Source of the DNA: Candidatus Undinarchaeota archaeon
GTDB lineage: Archaea > SpSt-1190 > JASMDC01
NCBI GenBank assembly: GCA_964519305.1
Contig: CAZFHY010000019.1
Location: forward strand, 1 to 64,000
Direction: 5' to 3'
Length of the DNA: 64,000 nucleotides
Part shown: positions 1-7,417 of the stretch, piece after piece
How positions within the stretch are numbered: the stretch's first letter is position 1
Layout: the number at the start of each line of letters is the position of its first letter
Program-made: the position numbers and the translations under genes
Notes under the pieces: generated by a model
Seen by the model: only the letters and a program-made list of their open reading frames with translations
What the model was told of the DNA's origin: nothing
The model's database searches: none

Positions 1-41
1 TCATCTTCGTTTATCAAAACGAGCCTTTCAAGAACGAACTG

Positions 42-344
42 TCAAACCCGGGTGAGCACCGTGCTGGAGTAGGGGGCCGACATGCTGGAGTCGGCCACCG
101 TTCCCCAGTTAGTATGGTCGGTGACCGAGCAGTCGTTTGGGTTGTTGGGGGCGTAGGTGTAGACCTCGATGGTATCCCAGGATCTGTCATAGGTGACCGA
201 GGTGGTCTCCGTCGCGCACGCTTGGGATGCAGCAAGGGCAGGGGCGGACAGCAGTGCTACCATGGCCAGAAGAAAGACCGTCACCCCCGGTGTCGTCCAT
301 CCTCGTCCGTGCGTCGTGCGCCCTTGCCGTACCATCTCACTCAT
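42..344 (-). CDS. Short secreted hypothetical protein (possibly truncated)
   Basis: GGTG ribosome-binding site upstream; hydrophobic signal peptide ending APALA; two Cys in the mature part; stops at TGA 42-44. Alternative start at 335. Confidence 0.5.
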   Translation of the reverse strand: MSEMVRQGRTTHGRGWTTPGVTVFLLAMVALLSAPALAASQACATETTSVTYDRSWDTIEVYTYAPNNPNDCSVTDHTNWGTVADSSMSAPYSSTVLTRV

Positions 345-475
345 CACCTTTCACTTTTCAAAACTAAAGCTATGCCTTATTACGATTACTAGGTGGATAG
401 TTCTTAAACCTATCGAGCCACATCGCCCGACCGAAACCTTTTTGACAGTTGGTACAGGAAGTGACCGACCGACGA

Positions 476-550
476 GGACCAGTGGTGTAGCCTGGATAGC
501 ATGGGGGCCTCCGGAGCCTCAGATCGCGGGTTCGAATCCTGCCTGGTCCA
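476..550 (+). tRNA. tRNA-Arg(CCG)
   Basis: Cloverleaf: acceptor GGACCAG/CTGGTCC, anticodon arm GGGGC-CT-CCG-GA-GCCTC, T-loop TTCGAAT, discriminator A; CCA not encoded. Confidence 0.95.
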
Positions 551-551
551 T

Positions 552-592
552 AGGGGGGCGTGCCCTGTGGGGTGCGCCCTCTGAACCTTTCT
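552..592. terminator. GC-rich hairpin directly downstream of tRNA-Arg
   Basis: GGGGGCGTGCCC-TGTG-GGGTGCGCCCTC pairs fully with G-U wobbles; lies between the convergent tRNA and ORF 652-969. Confidence 0.45.
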
Positions 593-651
593 CATAACGG
601 TCAAACTAAGAAAAAAAGGATTGACTGAAAGTCGATACGGCGGCGGGGCCT

Positions 652-969
652 CTAGAGCCCCTCGATGTTGTCCTTCCACTCGTCGAGCTTCTCCACGATG
701 GCGTCGGAGGTCTCGACGACGTGGTCCTGGGTGAGCTCGAACACGTTGATCATGGAGGACATGCCCAGGGCAGTGACGGCCAGGAGGGTCATGGCGGCCA
801 CAATCCCCATGATCAAGTTACTGACACGCAGGTCATGGAGGAACGTGTCCACCGTGTACGGTCCGCGGGGCACGTACGCTGAGGCGATGAGGGCGGCAAG
901 GAGGATGAATCCTACAGCCGTGATGGAATAGACCTTGGACATGCTCGTCCTTCGTGCCATTTTCGTCAT
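652..969 (-). CDS. Small two-TM membrane protein
   Basis: Two hydrophobic segments and an acidic tail; codon usage fits a gene; TTTTTAAAT TATA-like element upstream on the minus strand. Confidence 0.7.
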   Translation of the reverse strand: MTKMARRTSMSKVYSITAVGFILLAALIASAYVPRGPYTVDTFLHDLRVSNLIMGIVAAMTLLAVTALGMSSMINVFELTQDHVVETSDAIVEKLDEWKDNIEGL

Positions 970-1018
970 GTTGGAAATTGCCTTGATTATTTAAAAAACA
1001 AACCCTCTCGCGCCCGCC

Positions 1019-1034
1019 GGAAAAGTGTATATAG
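1019..1034 (+). promoter_or_regulatory. Archaeal BRE-TATA promoter for the 1070 operon
   Basis: GGAAAA followed by GTGTATATAG about 35-50 nt upstream of the GTG start at 1070. Confidence 0.5.
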
Positions 1035-1069
1035 GTACACTGCTATAATCTATCCTTGGTGGGGCTGGG

Positions 1070-4000
1070 GTGAGCGGGGATGGTCTGGCGAGTCAACGAT
1101 TGAGCCTTGCTCTCCTAGTTATACTTCTACTGCTCACTCCCGTCCAGGCCGGATGCCGTCGGGGCCAGGACTTCCGCGGAGTATCCCAGCAGGTCGAGTA
1201 CCGCGACGGGAGCATGTGGTGCACGAACCTCTGGTACCGTTATAACAACGGTCACTGGGAGGTGAAGGGCAAGGGCCTCTCGAGCAGCTACAACGACGTG
1301 GGCAGCAGCTTCGTCCGGCGCAAGGAAAGCGACATGTGCGACATCTACAAGCGCATAACCCGAGCGCTGCGGTACACTGATTTCGAGGCGGGCGCCCGTG
1401 TCCTCTGGAGAACGATGCACGGCGAGGATGGTGACGATGATGTCATCATCTACAACGACTTCCGTGGGAAGGAGATGGAGGTCGACGACGACACGGTCCT
1501 CGCTGAGGGGGGGTTCCGGGGTATGATCGGACGCAGCCTCAGGGCTTGCCCGAAGCCAACGCCCACACCGGCCCCAACACCCAAACCCCCTCCTGAACCC
1601 ACACCCAAGCCGACCCCCACACCTACTCCGAAGCCAACGCCCACACCCACGCCCCGTCCTCCCGCCCGTCACCGTCTGGCCATCGCTGATGGGTACAACC
1701 AGGGAATCCCTCACGATCCCCCCGACGGCGCCGGCGGAGTGTCGCCCGACGATATCCGGGGGCTCGATATAGGCTCCATGACAGCACCTCCATCCAGTCC
1801 CGTCCAGCTCGGTGCACCGGAGGTACCGTGCACGGGTCAGACGTACGACAACATGGCGGACTATCTCGATGCCATGGCGGCCACCTATGAGGCGCTCGCC
1901 GTCCATTACACCGCCATCGCCGCTAATCTGGTCGTAGTGGAGGATGGGCTGCGCCAGCAGTGCGATATGTGCTCGAAGGCCCTCGGAAGCGTGAAAGGGC
2001 TCGGTTTCGGTCCGTGCGATCCTGCCCTCACGGGCGAGGGGCTCACCGCGGCCGCGGTCGCAGCGAACACGACGCTCGGTCCGTCCCTCTGCCACAGGGC
2101 CGCCGAGCGGTGGTGTGAGCCCCGGGCGCTCAAGGAATGCTTACCAGAGGGAGCTGGCGTGACCGAGGGGCCGACACCGCTGCCCCCGTCAACGGAGCAG
2201 GCGGGTGATAAGCTCCTCCTCCCCATCCCGGGGATGAAGCAGGACCAGGACAAGAGCTATGCTTCGGACACGGGGATGGACGCCCATGTCTCGACAGGCA
2301 CACCCATCCAGGCGGTGGCGGACGGGGCCATCATCTATAGCGAGGAGGGACACACGCCCTGGAACCGACCACCGGACACGCCCAACAGTATCCTCATCAG
2401 GCTCGATAAACCGGTCACCTTCAAAGGCAAGACCTACTATTTCGTATGGTACACGCACCTCGCAAGCTTGGCCTTCAAGGTGAAGGACCGCGGCGAGGAA
2501 CGGCCTATCCGCCGTGGCGAGCGGCTCGGTACGACCGGTATCGGGAACAAGGTCCCCCACCTCCATTTCGGGATCATCGTCCACCGCAGCCAGGGGCCGG
2601 GCCTCTTCATGAAGCCCGAGGACATCCACGAGTACTACTGGGGCTCGGCGAGCTCGCCCGCAACCGATCGAACAGGGGCAGGTGTAGCCGGCGAGGGGTA
2701 TCCTGCATGCTGCCTCGACCAGACCTTCGACAAGGCAACGAACAAGATCGTCGAGGAGCGATGGAACGTGTATACAAGTACCGGTCAGTTCCTGGACAAG
2801 GACTGCGTCCAGGTCCAGGCGGCGTTCGAACGGGCGGACCGGTACCACCGCTACACCAAGAAGACACTCGACGAGTGCAAGGCGCAATGCGGGAACGCGG
2901 ACGGCGCCCGATGCTGTGGGCTCCACTGCTTCGAAGGCTTCCGGTGCGACACATCCAAGTCATACCCTTACAATTGTGTGGCCTTGGCCACACCCACGCC
3001 GGTACCGACCGCAACGCCCACGCCTGCCTCCGGAGCGTCACCTACGCCAAAGCCCACACCGCTCCCCGCACCGGAACCGATCATGGATCCGCTACCCGTG
3101 CCTGAGCGCGTCCGCTCGAGCGTCCATGTGGCGGCAGCCTTACGCTGTCCTCTTTGCGTGGCCATCCCCTGTGCCTATGCCGTGGCCTGTGAAGTGGGCA
3201 CCGCGTCGTCCGGCGAGCGGTGCGACACCCGTGGTTCCTGCGGCGACATAATCCGGGCCGGAGCAGCGACAGGCCTCAGTGGGGGCTACACGTGCACCGC
3301 CGATCCAGAGAAGGGCGATCCCTGCTGCATCAAGGAAGGAGCGACCTGTCCATCCTCGTGCAGCGCGTGCAAGATCGTACGGGCCTCCGTGGTGACGGCC
3401 AGCTCCCGTACGGTGGTGACCCTGCCAACGTCCCTTGCCATGTGCCAGCGCGTCTTCGCTGACCTCAAGGACGCGTGCACTGTGGACGGTTCCGACGTCA
3501 TCACCGGAAAGACGCTGGACCCGTGCGTCACGCGGGACCGAGTGACCGCCGTCAGGGAGAAGCTGGAGGAGCTCGTTACCAACCTGGGCACTGCTGCCCG
3601 CGAGCTGAGGTCCATGGCCCAGGGCGTGCGTGGATCGCTCCGCAACGGCGTGGCTCCCGACGGGACGGAGGGCCAGGTGGAGCGTATGATGGACGCGCTC
3701 TCGGGAGAAGGCTGGGATGGTGCGTCCGTAACAGCGTTCCAGCACGATCTCACAAGGATCGTCACCCTTGCTGGCGGCCCCCTGTTCCGGGACGTGGGAG
3801 GGGCTGCGCCCGCACCGGGCTCCGGTGGGGCTGGGGCTCCTGGTTCGTGGCATGACGCCTCCGCACCTTACACACCCACAGAGGGGACCGGGCTCCGGTC
3901 CGAGGCCAGCACTGCTGCCGGGGAGGAGATTAAGCGCGCGGTCGTGCGATACCGCGGCGGTGACGAATGGGCCACGTTCTGTGGTCGGTACGCCCGGACG

Positions 4001-7000
4001 GCGGGAAGGTATCCCGTGGACACATCGGCCATCGAGTCCAAGGCACCCGGAGTGGGATGCGGGGGTACCCTGGGCAGGTGCGAGTCCGCGCTCGAGGCCG
4101 GTGCCAACGTAGCAATGGGCAACAGTGATCGATGGTCGACAACACATCTGGAGGCCTTGCAGGCCTTGGCCGGTCTTGACACAGCGAAGCTCTTCATAGA
4201 CGCCCGGGAGTGCTTCAGGTACGCCACGACGGACCCTCCGGACGGTCCGGAAGGCACCGACGATGGGAGTGGGGAACCGGCACCCGGTCAGTGCTCGGAG
4301 GGCTGTGCCCTATGCTTCGGTTCACGGGACTCGCACTGCCACCCTGAGCTCAGCCTGTGCGTGTGCCGCACCGCGAGCGGCCGACATATCATCGACCTCG
4401 GCTGCACACCTGGCCCGGGTGAGGACGACCTGGCGCTCGCCAGGGAGTGCTGTGCAGTGGAGAGGTCCGGCTCTTCGCGGGAGGAGAATGAGGACGAGGG
4501 TGTGCTCGTGCTGCGCGAGGGCGCTACCGGTTCTGATGCCGACCATGCTGTGTGCCAGAGCCCGGCAGAGGCGGCGAGAGCCACATTCGACGTGTGCGAT
4601 AGTAAGAGCTCGCCGACGGGACTATGCTGCCTCGACGGGCTCAAGGAGAGCCCGGTCGGGAAGGATGAATGCAAGGAGCGGCTGAACCTCACCTGTGAGG
4701 AGGAGTGCCTGAAGGTCCACGCTAACGACACCCGTGCAGCCCGCCGGTGCGTCCGCAACTGTACCATCCCCGACGACGGGACCGGACCGTCACCAACACC
4801 CGACGGGCCATCACCCCCGTCCGATGAAGCAGATAACAAGACCTTGGAGTGCAAGCAGGCGTGCCTTCGGGACAACGACGATGACGTCACGGCGGCACTA
4901 GCCTGCATGCGGGGCTGCGGGGGCGACCTCGACTGCGAGGACACATGCGCCAAGGAGCGGACGGACCCCGTGCTCCTGAGGCCCTGTCTCGAGGCCTGCG
5001 TCGGCTGGGGCGACGGCTCGGCGAACGTCACATGCGAGGAGGGCTGTGTCATCAAGTTCGGAGCAGGCTCTACCAACGCCGAGACATGCATCAGCAGATG
5101 TGGCGAGGTGGACGTGACCTGTGAGGAACAGTGCCTGCGCGACGGCGATGAGCTCGCCGTATCAGGGGAAGAGCGGAACGGATGGGTCCGCTCCTGCCTC
5201 GTTGGGTGCGGGAAGTCCCCCGGATGTATGGACGTTTGTCGCGAGCGGTTCCTGGAAGACGAGGCCGCACGCCGGTCGTGCGAGGTCGCCTGTGAGCCGC
5301 CCAACAGCACCGTCACCTGCATCGAGAACTGCACGGCCTCGGGCGGGGACGAGCACGAGTGCGTCCGGCTCTGTAAAGCACTGGCCCCTGACGTCACCGT
5401 ATCCGAGGTGGCGCTCATACGTGGGACGACGCCCGCCCGGACATTCCTCGTCAACGAGACAGTCCGGGTCCATGCCAGGGTGAACAACACGGGCAACTAC
5501 ACCTTCGCTGGCCGGGCCATCGTCCAGATGCGCATCATCGGCAATTGTGATTGTCCGACCTGCCCTGAGGACTATGCGTGCGGGTGCGCGTGCGAAGAGG
5601 AGGTCAGGACACTCCGCGAGCTATCGGTCCCCGGTCTTACACCGGGCAAGGGTATCGCCTATCTGTCCGATCCGATGACGCTCGAGCCGTCACTGGCGAA
5701 CAAGACGGTTCAGGTCCGTGTGGAGGTCGTTGGCCCCGACACAACGACAGTAGCAATTGGTGAAGGTCCGCTGGTTCACATAGTAGAGATGGGTGACGTT
5801 TCGGTCACGCACGCCGCGTTCATAGAGACCGCCGAGGGTGCCGAGGTGACAGCAGGACATCCAGGCATGGACGTCTCGGGCAGGGTACGCTTCTCGACCC
5901 GCTTGTTCCCCGTGCTTGTGGAGGCCTACACGATCATCGGCGACAACCAGGAGCTGATGGGGACAAGGAACGCGCTCATGGTGGAGCGGCCAGGAGCGAC
6001 CGCGCTCCGGTGCGAGGGCGGCGACCTTGCTAGGATCGAGAAGAGCGGTCTGGGAAGATGTGCCCCCTACCGGTCTTTTGTAGAGCGGGAGCTCGAGACG
6101 TTCGAACTCCAGGGGCGCATCGATCCGCTGATGGTCATGGCCCTTATGATGCAGGAGTCCTCGTGCAATCCCGACGTGAACTGCGGGGGCATCATGCAGG
6201 TCGATCATCCATGCCGGGTGGAGAAGGATTCGCCGCTCTATTGCGCGTGCAAGGGCGACGCGGAGCTCGGTATCAACCTCGGGACACAGCACCTGCGCGA
6301 CCGACTGGACCGCGCCGTGCTCCGGGGCGCTGCCGAGGAGGAGGCGCTCACCTTCGTGCTCTTCGGCTATAACCGCGGCATGGCTGCCATGGACGACGCC
6401 ATCAAGAACAGGAAAGCGGGCGCTACGGTGTTCGAGGCAATGATGGGCTCATGCGAGAAGTGGTACGGGCCGGGGACGACCTGGGACAACACCGACTACT
6501 ATTGCCGGCGCCGGGGGATGGGCCCCCACTACCCCGAGATCGTGTTCGAACGGTTCAGAAAGGCCTGCGGGGAGATCGGTGGGACGGTCACCGAGGGCGG
6601 AGGCACCGTCACGGACCTCGAGGTGCTCACCAAACCCCTGTCGCTAATCGATGACCACCTGGGATGGGTGCTACATCTCGGAGTACGCCTGAGCGACGGC
6701 GGTGGCCGAACGCTCGCAGAGACCGTACTGGACGAGCAGGGGTTCGATCCCGGCCGGTGCGAGGGACGGGCCATGACTACCTGGTGCGTTCAGGAACGGG
6801 CCCGGGTGCGGCTAGGGTACCCCCAGGCCTACCTTGAGGTGCGCAGACCCATAGTCCATATCAAGGAGGCGGTCTTCCTCGACATCGACGGTCTGGCAAC
6901 GGCACGGGCGGGTGACGGTGAACAGGTCACCTATGAGATAACGCTCGAGAACCGGGAGCCTGTCCTGTTCTCCGGCACCATGACGGTAGTGGCCCGATGG

Positions 7001-7414
7001 CCGGATGGCTCGAACGTCACCGGTTCCTCGGTCCATCGCATCGTCGACGGTCTGGAGCGGGGGAAGCCGCTCACCCTCGGTTCCTCACCATTCCCTGCCT
7101 TCGAGGACCCGGCCGGGGGTGATACCATGACCATCCGCGTGACCGTCCGGGATAATAAGGGGCGGATATGGCTCGACGAGGACGTGGACCCCGCGCTCTT
7201 CCCATTCTCCACGCTCACGCGGCGGGAGGATGAAGTGGATGATGTGACGGATGGACGGCGACGCGACATCGAGACTACCTTCATCGTCGGTAACTGCCGG
7301 CTCGAGGTGCTCTGCGAAGGTTGCCTGCCCACGTGTGAGCTGCATATCGACCGCGCCACCTGCGGCCTGGTCACCCGTAGATGCGGGTGCACATGTGAGA
7401 CCGGAGGTGCATGA
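1070..7414 (+). CDS. Giant secreted Cys-rich multidomain protein (2114 aa) with M23 peptidase and SLT lytic transglycosylase domains and three CARDB/Ig-like repeats
   Basis: Signal peptide (LALLVILLLLTPVQA). M23 motifs DTGMD..GTPIQAVADG..YTHL..PHLHFG at nt ~2210-2645. SLT motifs IDPLMVMALMMQESS, GIMQ, GYNRG at nt ~6040-6560. Pro/Thr linkers and CX3C repeats. Confidence 0.9.
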   Translation: MSGDGLASQRLSLALLVILLLLTPVQAGCRRGQDFRGVSQQVEYRDGSMWCTNLWYRYNNGHWEVKGKGLSSSYNDVGSSFVRRKESDMCDIYKRITRALRYTDFEAGARVLWRTMHGEDGDDDVIIYNDFRGKEMEVDDDTVLAEGGFRGMIGRSLRACPKPTPTPAPTPKPPPEPTPKPTPTPTPKPTPTPTPRPPARHRLAIADGYNQGIPHDPPDGAGGVSPDDIRGLDIGSMTAPPSSPVQLGAPEVPCTGQTYDNMADYLDAMAATYEALAVHYTAIAANLVVVEDGLRQQCDMCSKALGSVKGLGFGPCDPALTGEGLTAAAVAANTTLGPSLCHRAAERWCEPRALKECLPEGAGVTEGPTPLPPSTEQAGDKLLLPIPGMKQDQDKSYASDTGMDAHVSTGTPIQAVADGAIIYSEEGHTPWNRPPDTPNSILIRLDKPVTFKGKTYYFVWYTHLASLAFKVKDRGEERPIRRGERLGTTGIGNKVPHLHFGIIVHRSQGPGLFMKPEDIHEYYWGSASSPATDRTGAGVAGEGYPACCLDQTFDKATNKIVEERWNVYTSTGQFLDKDCVQVQAAFERADRYHRYTKKTLDECKAQCGNADGARCCGLHCFEGFRCDTSKSYPYNCVALATPTPVPTATPTPASGASPTPKPTPLPAPEPIMDPLPVPERVRSSVHVAAALRCPLCVAIPCAYAVACEVGTASSGERCDTRGSCGDIIRAGAATGLSGGYTCTADPEKGDPCCIKEGATCPSSCSACKIVRASVVTASSRTVVTLPTSLAMCQRVFADLKDACTVDGSDVITGKTLDPCVTRDRVTAVREKLEELVTNLGTAARELRSMAQGVRGSLRNGVAPDGTEGQVERMMDALSGEGWDGASVTAFQHDLTRIVTLAGGPLFRDVGGAAPAPGSGGAGAPGSWHDASAPYTPTEGTGLRSEASTAAGEEIKRAVVRYRGGDEWATFCGRYARTAGRYPVDTSAIESKAPGVGCGGTLGRCESALEAGANVAMGNSDRWSTTHLEALQALAGLDTAKLFIDARECFRYATTDPPDGPEGTDDGSGEPAPGQCSEGCALCFGSRDSHCHPELSLCVCRTASGRHIIDLGCTPGPGEDDLALARECCAVERSGSSREENEDEGVLVLREGATGSDADHAVCQSPAEAARATFDVCDSKSSPTGLCCLDGLKESPVGKDECKERLNLTCEEECLKVHANDTRAARRCVRNCTIPDDGTGPSPTPDGPSPPSDEADNKTLECKQACLRDNDDDVTAALACMRGCGGDLDCEDTCAKERTDPVLLRPCLEACVGWGDGSANVTCEEGCVIKFGAGSTNAETCISRCGEVDVTCEEQCLRDGDELAVSGEERNGWVRSCLVGCGKSPGCMDVCRERFLEDEAARRSCEVACEPPNSTVTCIENCTASGGDEHECVRLCKALAPDVTVSEVALIRGTTPARTFLVNETVRVHARVNNTGNYTFAGRAIVQMRIIGNCDCPTCPEDYACGCACEEEVRTLRELSVPGLTPGKGIAYLSDPMTLEPSLANKTVQVRVEVVGPDTTTVAIGEGPLVHIVEMGDVSVTHAAFIETAEGAEVTAGHPGMDVSGRVRFSTRLFPVLVEAYTIIGDNQELMGTRNALMVERPGATALRCEGGDLARIEKSGLGRCAPYRSFVERELETFELQGRIDPLMVMALMMQESSCNPDVNCGGIMQVDHPCRVEKDSPLYCACKGDAELGINLGTQHLRDRLDRAVLRGAAEEEALTFVLFGYNRGMAAMDDAIKNRKAGATVFEAMMGSCEKWYGPGTTWDNTDYYCRRRGMGPHYPEIVFERFRKACGEIGGTVTEGGGTVTDLEVLTKPLSLIDDHLGWVLHLGVRLSDGGGRTLAETVLDEQGFDPGRCEGRAMTTWCVQERARVRLGYPQAYLEVRRPIVHIKEAVFLDIDGLATARAGDGEQVTYEITLENREPVLFSGTMTVVARWPDGSNVTGSSVHRIVDGLERGKPLTLGSSPFPAFEDPAGGDTMTIRVTVRDNKGRIWLDEDVDPALFPFSTLTRREDEVDDVTDGRRRDIETTFIVGNCRLEVLCEGCLPTCELHIDRATCGLVTRRCGCTCETGGA
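1549..1662 (+). repeat. Pro/Thr/Lys low-complexity linker (PKPTPT repeats)
   Basis: Translation PKPTPTPAPTPKPPPEPTPKPTPTPTPKPTPTPTPRPP; a second PT linker lies at ~2985-3100. Confidence 0.85.
4691..5375 (+). repeat. Seven tandem CX3C-Xn-CX3C protein repeats
   Basis: CEEEC..CVRNC, CKQAC..CMRGC, CEDTC..CLEAC, CEEGC..CISRC, CEEQC..CLVGC, CMDVC..CEVAC, CIENC..CVRLC. Confidence 0.85.
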
Positions 7415-7417
7415 AGG

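Noticed and set aside
1070-7414. M23/SLT protein as a bacterial autolysin or phage tape-measure protein
   Set aside because: The window carries archaeal markers (ZPR1, Pus10, intron-containing tRNA, TATA/BRE, class III signal), and the protein has a Sec-type signal peptide with a Cys-rich scaffold unlike tape-measure proteins.
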